From Pelagomonas calceolata (taxonomy: Eukaryota), in contig CAKKNE010000002.1 in the NCBI GenBank assembly GCA_918797485.1, forward strand, positions 1,426,001 through 1,490,000: a stretch of 64,000 nucleotides of DNA, in the 5' to 3' direction. Under the pieces are notes generated by a model. It was given only the letters and a program-made list of their open reading frames with translations. It did no database searches and was not told the DNA's origin. Positions 22,427-32,189 of the stretch are shown piece by piece. The position numbers and the translations under genes were made by a program. Position 1 is the stretch's first letter; every line of letters begins with the position of its first letter.

Positions 22427-23010
22427 TCGACGATCGGCGGCGCGGCGGCGACGTCGTCTTCCTCAGATCTAGAATCCCACTCCTCGATCACCTCGTCCGT
22501 GCGCCGCGCGGCGTCGGGCGCCACGCCGCGCTTCTGGCCCCGCCTCAACGCCAGCACGCTCTCCGCGGGGTAGCCTTGCAAATCTTCCCGCAAATAGACG
22601 CGCAGCTTCGACGTACTTAAATGAGGCGCCTTGTGGAAGCCGAAGTTGTTCAATTGTCTTTGAAACGACGAGAACTTGCCCGTGCGGAAGAATTTCGCCA
22701 GGATGGGCTCGAGGCGCTCCTCCGGCCGCGCGACGACGACGCGGCCGTCGTCCCAGTAAATGAGGGTAGGATATTCCGTGAACATGCAGTACAGCTTCAC
22801 GACGAAGTCAGGAGCTTTCGCGCCGCCGGATCTGAGCAAGCGCTGGGCCTCGCGGCCCGCGGCGGTGTGGCAAGCCGCGTCGAGCGCCCTTCTTCTCGCC
22901 TTCGCGTGGGCGAGCGCGGCCTTGGAGTCGCCGCGCCGGTTCGCCGCCTCCTTGAGCTCTTGTTCTTCGTGGGCTTGCGCTAATAGTTCGCTCGCGGTCG
23001 GCTCCTCCAT
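22327..23010 (-). CDS. Heat-shock-factor (HSF) DNA-binding domain protein
   Basis: PDFVVKLYCMF...IYWDDG...LAKFFRTGKFSSFQRQLNNFGFHK. Confidence 0.85.
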
Positions 23011-23215
23011 GGGTTTGTCTGTCTCGCGCTTACGCAGCCGGCTCTTGGCAGACCCGAATGTTGTAATGCAGCAGCCGAATGTGCGCGCGCGCTCGTGCCG
23101 TGAGGGCTGCCGAGAACGATGCGCGTCTTGTCGTAGAACGTCGCGACGTTGTTCTCACGCAAAGGGCAGCCGCGTGCGGCTCCTCGCGGCACTTCTCTCG
23201 AACTTAAAGCGTTTG

Positions 23216-23236
23216 CTAGTGTCTTACAGCCGCTAG
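23216..23236 (-). promoter_or_regulatory. Conserved upstream motif
   Basis: Reverse complement CTAGCGGCTGTAAGACACTAG, between divergent HSF and QSOX genes. Confidence 0.65.
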
Positions 23237-23371
23237 CAAGCCTCGCGTTTTGGCTCGGCTGTGTTGCGAAACGACAGCCTTGCGTCGCTTGCCGGCGCGT
23301 GATTCGTGACGTCCGGCTCCGCCGCTATCGCGCTGCCACGCGCAAGCGCATCGATCAGGCACAAGGAAGCC

Positions 23372-24831
23372 ATGCTAGGCTGGCTCCTGCTGTTGGCGGC
23401 AGCAGCCGACGCGCGCCCCAAGCCAAACACGAAGCCCGACACCTTATTTAAGGGACCGGGAGTCACGATTCTAGATCGGCAGGGCGTCCAAGCCATCCGA
23501 AACGATAAAAGTGGTGCAACTGGATGGGTCGTCGCATTCTACGCGCCCTGGTGCGGCCACTGCCGCCACTACGCGCCCGAATTTAAAAAGTTCGGCGCGG
23601 CCTTGCAGGGACACCCGAACATCAAGGCGGGCGCCGTGTCGTGCACGGCCGAGCGCAAGGCCTGCGACGAGAACGCCGTCAAGGGCTACCCCACCGTCAA
23701 GAGCTTCGGGGTGCTGGGCCACGATATTGTACTGAAAAGGCACCAGTCGAAGGACCTGCTGGAGCTCGTGCGCTCGAAACAGACGGACGCCGCGTTCGCG
23801 GGCCTCGTGAAACCGAGGTGGAGTGAAGAACCCCCCAAGGTGATCTCGGCACCGACGCCCCAGTCGCCCTACGACAAGATCATGGCCACGGCTTTACCTC
23901 CCCCAAAGCTCCGCGCGGCGCCATCAACTATCGACGCGGCGGCGTCGCTGCGGTTCCTGCTGGAGAACGTGTTCGTCGGTGATCGAACGCTCACGGAGGA
24001 GAAGAGCGTCGCGCTGCGGGGTGTGTTAGCCGCCGTGGCGCGAGCGTCGCCCGAGATTACCGTGGCAAGCGCCATATCAATATGTCTGCAGCAGCAGCCG
24101 AGCCCGACTTCTACAGATTGGGCGTCTTGGCTGGAGGAAGACGGCGTCGTAACGTGCCACGATCAAACGACGCGCGTCCAGCGCAAGCGCTGGACCAGTA
24201 GGTGCGACCCCGAGGGGAAAGGAACAGACGGGACGGCGTACACGTGCGGGTTGTGGGGCCTCTTCCATGGATTGGTGCAATCACTAAATGCGCGCGACGG
24301 TCTGAGTGCGGTCCGGGCGTCCATGCACTTCTTCGGCTGCGAGGAATGCAGAGACCACTTCCTCGAGATGTACGATTCTTGTAGATACGGCCGCTGCGAC
24401 GCCGACGCGGACGCGTCATTGTGGCTCTGGCGGGCGCACAACGTCGTGAACGCGCGCACGCACGGCCACGTTGAGGATGGCTATATTACGGCCAACACGC
24501 CGGACAACGCGGCGGCGTTTTGGGCCTTCCCGTCCGTGGAGCAGTGCGCCGACTGCCGCGACGGCAAGAAATGGGATTTGGACGGCGTGCGCGCTTTTTT
24601 AAAGCGCGAGTACGGCAATGGTTCGTCGTCGGCGTCCGGCGTCTCTGCGCGCGGACGCGCCCTCATAATGTTTCTCGCAGGCCGGCGCCGCTCGCCGCGG
24701 CGCCGCCGCCCGGCTCCTCGCGCCTACACGGCCTTCTGATCGTTTGTCTGGTTGGTGGCTGCGTGATTTGTCTCTGTCTGCTCCGGCGGCGGCCTTTGAC
24801 GCGCCGCAGCAGGTACAGGTTGCCCCACTAG
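23372..24831 (+). CDS. QSOX: Quiescin-sulfhydryl oxidase (thioredoxin plus Erv domains), with a probable intron near 24634-24680 leading to a C-terminal TM exon
   Basis: Signal peptide, FYAPWCGHC, YTCGLWGLFH, FFGCEECRDHF, LWLWRAHNVVNAR and FPSVEQCADC. Hydrophobic tail LLIVCLVGGCVICLCLL lies in the next frame after ...TCGCAG. Confidence 0.85.
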
Positions 24832-24894
24832 TGTGTAAGTTGTTGACGTTGTGTCCTTGTGTTGTTGACAGGGTACATCTTACACGAAGGGGGT

Positions 24895-25197
24895 TCAGGC
24901 GCAGCAGCTGGATTTGCAGAGCCCTTTCAGCCGCGGCCAGCGCTCCCGGGCCCTGGCGCGCGCGCGGGGGCTCTTGGGTTCGCCGTTCTGCGCGTGGAAG
25001 GTGTCGCCGGAGTCCTCGGGCGTCTTGTAGTTCGACCAGTATTCGCGGTCGTAGAAGATGCTAGAACGGTCGCGGGGCGGCGCCGTCGGGAAGAGGTCGG
25101 CGAGGAGGTCTTCCTCCGCGGGCGCCGGCGCTTTCGTTTGCTCTTTGGTGGCTTTGGGGGAGTCTGGCGGCGTCATCTCGAGTTCGCTCGTCTCCAT
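24895..25197 (-). CDS. Small hypothetical protein
   Basis: 100-aa ATG-initiated ORF with host-like codon usage and the promoter motif upstream at 25425. Confidence 0.45.
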   Translation of the reverse strand: METSELEMTPPDSPKATKEQTKAPAPAEEDLLADLFPTAPPRDRSSIFYDREYWSNYKTPEDSGDTFHAQNGEPKSPRARARARERWPRLKGLCKSSCCA

Positions 25198-25424
25198 GTG
25201 CGCGCTCCTGAGGGTGGCGCGAGCTCGTAGCGCTCGCTACGTCCTCGGGACCGGCAATTGCAGGCCACCAGCCTCAGAGCCTTATTCCTTGTTAAGCGTC
25301 AGTTTCCGGGTCGGGAGTTGCGTCGGGCTCGAGCCCGGGTTGGAATCAGACCGTCGCTCCCTCCCGGAGGTCGCTTGCGCCGCGAGTCGAGAGCAAGTCA
25401 GTCCCAAAAGTGAATATTACCGAG

Positions 25425-25446
25425 CTAGCGGCATGTAAGACACTAG
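25425..25446 (+). promoter_or_regulatory. Conserved upstream motif
   Basis: CTAGCGGCATGTAAGACACTAG, 17 bp from the MULE left end. Confidence 0.65.
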
Positions 25447-25463
25447 GAAGCCAAGCCTTTGAG

Positions 25464-25530
25464 GGTACGGGCTGACTAGGGAAATTGGTGGGCTGACCAG
25501 GGAAATTGGAGCGAGGGGCTGGAAATTGGG
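25464..25530 (+). repeat. Left TIR of the MULE
   Basis: Reverse complement of 29138-29204; internal sub-repeats GGGCTGACnnGGGAAATTG. Confidence 0.95.
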
Positions 25531-25543
25531 GCTGACGCTGTCC

Positions 25544-26986
25544 ATGGACTTTTTTCGATATATATTTAGGACTCCGGAGCCTGCGCGGCAGCCCCAAATC
25601 CTGAAGGAGACGTCGCCACTGGCAGGCAGGTCCAAGGCAGAGCAGCGGGACCACCTCGACCGGATTTGCGAAGCGCGCCACGGGGAAATCAACAGCGACG
25701 AAGAAGACGAACCGCACTGGTCGGTACCACCTGGAGCTAAAGAAGTGCTGCCCGCGTTCGAGCTCGACCCGCCGTCGAAGCGATCGAAGCGCGCTGGCAC
25801 AAACTACGATTCTACAGACCACGTACCAGAAAGGACATGGATCAAGGTGAAGGGTGCCGCCATCAATGACCCGCCCGTCGCTGCGGCTCTCGATGAGCTG
25901 TTCGGCGAGGACGGCGCAGGCCACACTCCGTTGGGAAAAAAACCTAAGCCGAACCCGAAAAGAGGTATTAAGAAATACGAGTGGCGCTTCTGCAAGTTTG
26001 CCAAACTGGGCTGCCCGAAAGCGTGTCGCATCTCATTCATGGAGAACGGCGACGCCATCATCAAACCCAACAGGTGGGGCCACGAGCATCCGGAGGGCGA
26101 TGCTCGTGAAGAGCTAGCTAATCGAAAGGGCCTGCCACCGACAGCTAAACTTGCACTGAAGCCCTTCGTCGACGCAGGCCACTACAAGATGGTGGATTGC
26201 ATCGATACCTTGAAAAAAGGTGGGCATTTGGGCCCAAACGGGGCATACTACAACGAGAAGACCCAAAGGAAATTCAAAAAGATGATCAAAAACTACTTGA
26301 CGTACGCCATCGAGAAGAAACACGGCAAAGGTGGGAGGTGGTCGTCGGAGTACGGTGATTTTTTGAAGGACGTGGAGGACGACTCCAAAACTGACGAGGA
26401 GGTGGAGGCCATGGTGGCCAACAAGGACTGGGACACACCATTTACTTTTGATGCCAATATATCAGGAGCTCAGAGCAAAAACTTTTTTTGTAGTGCTAAC
26501 ATCCGCTCTCTTAGCAGAGCTATGCAACAGGCTTTGACTGGGACACCCCAGGCGTGTGGTGATGGGACAGGCCGCATCAATTTAGAAGGAAGGTCGCTTG
26601 TATTCATCGGGACCGTCGACCGTGGGCAATCCTTCCATCACATAGCAGCTTTCCTATTATCAAAGGGCGAGACGAAGGAGGAGATTCTGCGTGGCCTCAG
26701 AGCCATCTCCAAGAAGATTGATGCTGTTCACAGGGCGATGCTTCGCCTACCAGCCGGCGAGGCTCTCTACAACGCCAGCGAGCTCGGCGCAGGCTACACA
26801 TGGGCTCCGAAGACCGTGATGAACGACAACTCGGACGCGTTTTTTAGCGCCTGGACCGAGATCATTTTCGAAAGATTGAGGGAGGAGATCGTGCAGCTCA
26901 AGGCCGAGAACGCCGAACTCAGAGGCGAGCAGATGGACACCGACGAAGATGAGGAGGCCGAGGACTCGATGGAGGACGTCGCTTAG
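25544..26986 (+). CDS. MULE transposase, N-terminal half (zinc finger and first two catalytic Asp)
   Basis: WRKY/FLYWCH-like CKFAKLGCP...HEH; D1 region CGDGTGRINLEGRSLVFIGTVD...AFLLSKGETKE; D2 region PKTVMNDNSDAFFSA. It then ends in a coiled/acidic tail without CxxH or the catalytic Glu. Confidence 0.85.
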   Translation: MDFFRYIFRTPEPARQPQILKETSPLAGRSKAEQRDHLDRICEARHGEINSDEEDEPHWSVPPGAKEVLPAFELDPPSKRSKRAGTNYDSTDHVPERTWIKVKGAAINDPPVAAALDELFGEDGAGHTPLGKKPKPNPKRGIKKYEWRFCKFAKLGCPKACRISFMENGDAIIKPNRWGHEHPEGDAREELANRKGLPPTAKLALKPFVDAGHYKMVDCIDTLKKGGHLGPNGAYYNEKTQRKFKKMIKNYLTYAIEKKHGKGGRWSSEYGDFLKDVEDDSKTDEEVEAMVANKDWDTPFTFDANISGAQSKNFFCSANIRSLSRAMQQALTGTPQACGDGTGRINLEGRSLVFIGTVDRGQSFHHIAAFLLSKGETKEEILRGLRAISKKIDAVHRAMLRLPAGEALYNASELGAGYTWAPKTVMNDNSDAFFSAWTEIIFERLREEIVQLKAENAELRGEQMDTDEDEEAEDSMEDVA

Positions 26987-27860
26987 TAGATACATCCCGC
27001 TTCCCCGGGGGTTCCTACACGTCGGGGCCCCGCGTTAAGGAAGCTTTCATACCAAAACATAATTACACAAGGCCGGCGGCGCTGAGCTGCGGGTCACCTA
27101 GGACGTTCATTCAACGCCGAACCGATGACGTTCATGATGCCCGCGTCATCTATCAGACATGGAGAGACCACTGCGTCGACCTCCAGGTCGTCGACGCGAG
27201 GGAACTCGACTTGGCGCTCGTGCAATTGCTTGTGCGCGGCGGCCATCACCCGGCAACACCGCTCCGCAGCTCTTCTTCGCTAAAGGCTCGGCTGCTCGCG
27301 TTCTGGGGTTGGTGCGCTGTCAAATGGCACCGGGGCTCAACCCGCGATGCCGTCGCCGCGTCGTACTCGGCGCCCCATCTCAGGGAGTGGCAGTGGGCTG
27401 CCCACGCCGCGCGGTGGTGCGCGGCATCGCACCGGCGCTTCCGGCGCGTCCTTAAAGGACTCATGGGGCCCCCGGCGGCGCGTGGGCAGCCGGCGCGCAG
27501 CTAGGACAGCCTGGGAGATTAAGCGTGGCGATGAATTAGCCGGGCGGGTATTACGCGTCAAAATTCGGTTTTAAGGCCCCGCTAGCCGCCCTAAGCTGCG
27601 CGTCGGCTGCCCCACGCCACTGGCCTGGCCCAGAGGGCCGGATCGGCAGCCTGACGGGCCGTCTGGGCTGCCTGGGGCCAAAATCATGCCATCGTCCCAT
27701 CGCGCTCTCCCAGCGCTCCATCCGGATTCCACCGCTCCATCCGGACGCCGGTCGTTCCATCGTGCCACCGGTCCAGGAAGGACTGATGCATCGCTCGGAG
27801 GGGCCCGAGCGAAGCCTGGACGGGCCCGCCCGATCCAACCTGGTTTGTGCCAGGCACAGA

Positions 27861-27894
27861 CCAGGCACCTGGGCGGGCCCGCCCAGGTGCCTGG
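27861..27894. repeat. 34-bp perfect palindrome inside the MULE spacer
   Basis: CCAGGCACCTGGGCGGG|CCCGCCCAGGTGCCTGG. Confidence 0.9.
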
Positions 27895-27985
27895 GCGGGC
27901 CGGACCGGGGCCTAGAGGGAGCGCTCCGGAGCACCCGAGATGTCTAGTTTACGCGCTATAGGGATGTCTAGGGCCCCTGCGCCAG

Positions 27986-28037
27986 GGTTCAGGTTCAGTT
28001 CAGGTTCAGTTCAGGTTCAGTTCAGGTTCAGGTTCAG
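27986..28037. repeat. TTCAG(G) simple repeat just 3' of the ORF2 stop
   Basis: GGTTCAGGTTCAGTTCAGGTTCAGTTCAGG... Confidence 0.9.
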
Positions 28038-28045
28038 CCCCAGAA

Positions 28046-29137
28046 TCAACCAAAGGGGTGGGGAGGGGGGGCTGTAGCAGCTGGGGCCTTCGGAGGAATG
28101 CTGAAGCGCGGCTGATCAAAGGTGAGGGCCCCACCTTTCCTAGCCTTCCTCCGGCCCCCACGCTTCGTCTCTTCTCCGATGACCTTAATATCTTTTTCTT
28201 CTGGTATTTGGATCCTTCCGTGCTTCACATCCCAGGCCAGGCTGCAATCGCAAGTTTCCTTCATCTGGTAATCAATGCACGTGCAAGCGCACGAGGTCGC
28301 AGCACCGGTGCGGACAATGGAATAGAGCATACACGCACCCTTAGAGGATTTGTGAAAATCATCTAAGGATGTGATGCGGTCCATGTCTCCTGTGTATAGG
28401 AGCTCCTTATTCTGAAGGATCGGTTTGGCATGCTCCTCGATCGTGCTGCGTTCTCCACCATGCTTGGAGGCAATTGCCTTGTAGCTCTCTTTTGAGAGGA
28501 GGAAAACACACGTTGCCTTCTCCGGCGGGTGAAAGGGCGAATATGTGATTTCCAGCTCCCTCGTGGCTGTCACGTCGAATATGAACGTGTCTCGAAGTAA
28601 CTGCTGTACGCTGCGCCATTGATCCTCTTTGATGTGCTCTGCTTTAGTGAGGAACAATTGGTTTGTGAAGGGATGTTTCCTCATCCACTCCATGTGCTCC
28701 CGGTACCAAGCACGGAGCGAGAGACGGTTCCAGTCAGTGGCCTCGTCTTTGTAGGTGCGATTCCCTCTTTCATCACCATTGTTCTGGTCGGGTAGCCCTG
28801 GTTCCTGGTCCGCCGTCGTCCAATTGACGGCCCGTCCGTGCAGGTACTCCTGGGAGAACCTTTTCATGACCTTCGGTTCGCGCCGCGTCCACTCGAACTC
28901 GAACAGCTGGAACACCCTGGCCTTCCACGGCCGGAGAGTGATGCCGAGCTTCGAGATGTCATAGAGCTCTTTCTTGAACTCCTTGCGGCTCTCGTCGCTC
29001 GTGAAAAGGCTTCTATATCCTCTCTTGCCACCCTTGTCCATGAGATGCTGTACATGTACTGAACAGGTGCCGAGCAGCCACTCTACCGTGCCAGTAGGCT
29101 CCGGCGCAGTTGGGGGCTTCTTCTTGCCTCGTGCCAT
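28046..29137 (-). CDS. MULE transposase, C-terminal half (CxxH, catalytic Glu, SWIM zinc finger)
   Basis: LLGTCSVHV (CxxH), VNWT, DQNNGDERGNRTYK (TNNxxE-type), SWIM-like CTCIDYQMKETCDCSLA and basic tail KRGGRRKARKG. The ATG abuts the inner end of the right TIR. Confidence 0.82.
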   Translation of the reverse strand: MARGKKKPPTAPEPTGTVEWLLGTCSVHVQHLMDKGGKRGYRSLFTSDESRKEFKKELYDISKLGITLRPWKARVFQLFEFEWTRREPKVMKRFSQEYLHGRAVNWTTADQEPGLPDQNNGDERGNRTYKDEATDWNRLSLRAWYREHMEWMRKHPFTNQLFLTKAEHIKEDQWRSVQQLLRDTFIFDVTATRELEITYSPFHPPEKATCVFLLSKESYKAIASKHGGERSTIEEHAKPILQNKELLYTGDMDRITSLDDFHKSSKGACMLYSIVRTGAATSCACTCIDYQMKETCDCSLAWDVKHGRIQIPEEKDIKVIGEETKRGGRRKARKGGALTFDQPRFSIPPKAPAATAPPPHPFG

Positions 29138-29204
29138 CCCAATTTCCAGCCCCTCGCTCCAATTTCCCTGGTCAGCCCCGCAATTTCCCAGGTCAGCCCG
29201 TACC
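29138..29204 (-). repeat. Right TIR of the MULE
   Basis: Inverted copy of 25464-25530. Confidence 0.95.
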
Positions 29205-29416
29205 GCCTTTGAGGCTGGCTAACTCCTCGACACGCAGTGCATAGCTGCACAGCATTCGCGTGGGACGCGAGACTTACTCACAGATCAGGCTGCAAGCCGC
29301 CGAGCGAGGTCTAGGGACCCTGCTGCCGAGGCAAGCTGCACTGCTCTCCCTAGCACTTTTGGCCTGCACTCCACTCCACGCCGTCGACGCGAAATTACGA
29401 AATACCTCGTGTACAA

Positions 29417-29794
29417 ATGCGCTGGTGCCTCGCCGCAGTCCTAGCGGTCGCGCCATGCACGACGGCGCTGGCCGCGCGCCGCAAGAAGCCGCACCGGCCG
29501 CCGCGCCTCGCGCGCGGCGCGATCACGGAACGGACGACGTTCGCTGCGACGCTCGTCGAGCGGAGCGACCTCCGGCGCCGCTCCCACGCGCCGCCCGAGC
29601 GGGCCATTTGTCTCGCGGACGTGACGACAAACGGCGCCGTCGTCGCGGACCACTGCTGGCTGAGAGGTGCGGACGCTCGGTGTTTTGATCGAGTCCAGCT
29701 CGACACCCCTACCACCTTCGACGCCGAGGTCGAGACCTACCGCCGGCGGGGCCGGAGGGACTACCGCCTCGCGCGCGTCGACGCCGTAAGCTAG
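29417..29794 (+). CDS. Small hypothetical protein with signal peptide
   Basis: Leader MRWCLAAVLAVAPCTTALA followed by a compact beta-rich-looking domain (ICLADV...VADHCWL...FDAEVETY...DYRL). Confidence 0.5.
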   Translation: MRWCLAAVLAVAPCTTALAARRKKPHRPPRLARGAITERTTFAATLVERSDLRRRSHAPPERAICLADVTTNGAVVADHCWLRGADARCFDRVQLDTPTTFDAEVETYRRRGRRDYRLARVDAVS

Positions 29795-29906
29795 CTGTTT
29801 CTATCTTGTACTCATCCCGATTCAATTTGGTTGAAGCCGCGCCGCCGAGCAGCCGGCCGCCGCGTCGACGGCGTGCCCCCCACAATTAGTCAACACTCCC
29901 GAATAC

Positions 29907-30314
29907 TTACGCCTCCTCCGCGCGCAGCCGCGCGTTCGCGTTCGTCACCTTGATGTTCAGCTGCTCGGCGCGCTCGACGATGGCCTTGCGCTTCTGCGAC
30001 GAGACGGAGTGCGCGATCTCCGCCGCGTAGGTCCGGTTGTGCATCATGAGGAGCTCCAACTCGGACACGTTGTTGACGACGAACTTGTAGAAGCCCGACG
30101 GGAGGCGGTGCCGCGTCTTCTTGTCCGAACCATAACCGATCTTCGGCATGGGGATCGTGCCCTTGAAGCGCCTCCGGACGCGCGAGTCGATACCGTGGAT
30201 CTTCCGCCAGCTCGAGTTCCGGATCTTCATGAACCGGTTGCTGAAGTGGCGCGCGAACTTCTTCGTGCGCTTCTTGACGATCGTCGGCTTGTCGAGCGCC
30301 GCGACCTTCACCAT
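29907..30314 (-). CDS. RPL32: 60S ribosomal protein L32 (eL32)
   Basis: [12 protein letters not shown]...[17 protein letters not shown]...PKIGYGS...[19 protein letters not shown]. Confidence 0.97.
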   Translation of the reverse strand: MVKVAALDKPTIVKKRTKKFARHFSNRFMKIRNSSWRKIHGIDSRVRRRFKGTIPMPKIGYGSDKKTRHRLPSGFYKFVVNNVSELELLMMHNRTYAAEIAHSVSSQKRKAIVERAEQLNIKVTNANARLRAEEA

Positions 30315-30876
30315 CTTGGCGTCGCGTTTATAGGCCTTCGCCTACGGATTGAAACGGGTGAGTTGGGGAGGGGTTGGCGCGTCGTTGGCGTGCCTCTCGA
30401 CGTGTGTGGGCGCGGCGCGACGTCTCTGGCTGCAGCCGGCGCCTCGCGCGCGCCCCGCGCAAGCGATGCAGCAGCACTTTGCAGGGTGGCCGTATGTCGC
30501 TGCTAGCGAGCGCAGCGGCTTACGGATTGCTGCACACGTTGGCTCAGTCTCTCTATATGTCCAGCGGAGGGGCCTCGTAGCGTCAACTCACCTCTAATGC
30601 GTCTGCCGCCGCCTTATTTGGTCTCCGCTCGCTCGAGCCCAGGCGATGCCACTAGGATTAGCCGTCGCCGTGATACCCGATGGATCTGTAAAGCACTCCG
30701 CCGATGACGCTTAGGACACCTCCAGGCCGGTGTGCCGCCTGGCGTCGCCGTTCGTGGCCGTGCTGTTCGGCGCCGCCGTGCCGCGGGATCTCTCCAAAAT
30801 CCGGCCGACGCCGCCGCCCGCCGCCGCCGCGACGCCATCGACGCGAGCCACACAACGGCCACAATCTAAAATACAA

Positions 30877-31518
30877 CTACTTACGACTCCGCGCCCTCTC
30901 CCTTAGTTCGGTAGACGAGATGTCCACGCGGAAGTCCGGGATCTCGAGGAACATGTCTCTATGGGAATCCGGCGCCGAGGCGAGCGCCTCGTGGGCGTCG
31001 ACGAAGCTTTGTTCTCCGAGCCGGCCCGCCACCACAAACCCACAACCGCGGCTCCGCAGCGTGTCCAGCGCCTCCGCCAGGCCCTCGACCCCGCCGTAGT
31101 ACTTCGCATCGAGGACCCTTGACGCGGTGTCCGCGCCCATGACGAAGTCGCAGGGCCCAAACAATTGCGACTTCTCGACGTACAGTGCTCTCCGGGTCAA
31201 CGCGACCGCCGCATTCGCCTTCTTGAACTGGAGTAGGCGCTCCTCGGCCTGCTTGACGTCGATGACACCCTTGTCGGCGTTCTTGAGCGAGATCTCGTAC
31301 AACAAGGAAGGCTCCTCGGCGTCTCGCTGTTTCGTGGCATCGAGCGCCGCCTCGGCCAGCTTCGTGTGGCCCTCGTGTAAAGGATCAAAACTACCGGGAA
31401 AGACCAGTAGGCGGCCCTTTGGCCGAGGGACTGTCTCGAGAGCTTGGCCCTTGGCCGAAATGACGACGAGCTCGGCCTCGCGCGCGAGGAACTTGGTCAG
31501 GAGGGCGAGCATTATCAT
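30877..31518 (-). CDS. Cytidylyltransferase-like (HxGH) nucleotidyltransferase
   Basis: VFPGSFDPLHEGH, EISLKNADK, FVMGADTASRVLDAKYY and DISSTELR. Confidence 0.8.
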   Translation of the reverse strand: MIMLALLTKFLAREAELVVISAKGQALETVPRPKGRLLVFPGSFDPLHEGHTKLAEAALDATKQRDAEEPSLLYEISLKNADKGVIDVKQAEERLLQFKKANAAVALTRRALYVEKSQLFGPCDFVMGADTASRVLDAKYYGGVEGLAEALDTLRSRGCGFVVAGRLGEQSFVDAHEALASAPDSHRDMFLEIPDFRVDISSTELRERARSRK

Positions 31519-32189
31519 GGGGCTTTGTTGTGTCTCTGGGAGCTTGCGCGGCGGCTTGGGAGGGTAGTGGCTTCCAGCGTCGCGCGTCGGACACCCGGCG
31601 CGGCGCCGCGGACGCCAGAGATCACCGTAGCGGTTCTGCAGAGAGCGCGACGCGTCGACAGCGTTAGACGCCAAATTAGAGGACGCAGCGCTTTAGCGCG
31701 CGTGGGCACGCCGGGGCAGAGAGAGCCTGCAGCAGGTGCTGCTGCCGCAGCTACCAGCGAAGGCGCGGCAGGCGCACGGATGGAAGCGCGGTTGATGATT
31801 CGCGTTCCTGGCTTGCCAGCGACGATCCCTATGGGTGTTTTGCAGACTTTGCGCGTCGCGTGCGCGGCAGTGAAAACCTGTTTTATGGGCTTTTGAGCAG
31901 GCCCAAAAACCGGCTTGGACGCGTCCAGAGTCCTGCAAGCGCATCCTGCCCGGCAAAATACGAGTTCCGCGCTGGGCGCTGGCAAGAAAGCTCTCAATGT
32001 CCAGCTGGACAAAGCCAAATCCACCGCGCGTCACGCCGAGCCTCCGACGAGCGCAGGCGTCGTCAGCGTTTGACAGCTCATAAGCTCAGCACAACTCAAA
32101 ACTCCTCAGCGGCCGCGCAACGCGCACGCCCGCCGAAGCTTTTGGACCTCTCTCACAGCCAGCCAAGCAGGCGCGCCCGTCCAGCAGCC

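Larger units (their letters stand above)
25464..29204. mobile_element. Mutator-like element (MULE), 3,741 bp, with two convergent ORFs
   Basis: 67-bp TIRs (25464-25530 and 29138-29204, 63/67 identical, starting GGTACGGGCTGAC) and a perfect 9-bp TSD GCCTTTGAG (25455-25463 and 29205-29213). MULE motifs are present in the ORFs, and ORF composition is visibly less CpG/GC-rich than host genes. Confidence 0.93.

Noticed and set aside
27159..27961. Small ORFs in the MULE spacer as a third gene
   Set aside because: Short, overlapping, Arg/Pro-rich frames typical of GC-rich non-coding DNA.
27986..28037. Interstitial telomere
   Set aside because: Irregular TTCAG/TTCAGG units, short, and internal to a transposon; not a canonical telomeric tract.
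25464..29204. The MULE as the autonomous partner mobilising the introners (both TIRs contain GGAAAT)
   Set aside because: The termini differ (GGTACGGG versus CTGTGTGG) and so does TSD length (9 versus 8 bp). The shared hexamer alone is insufficient.
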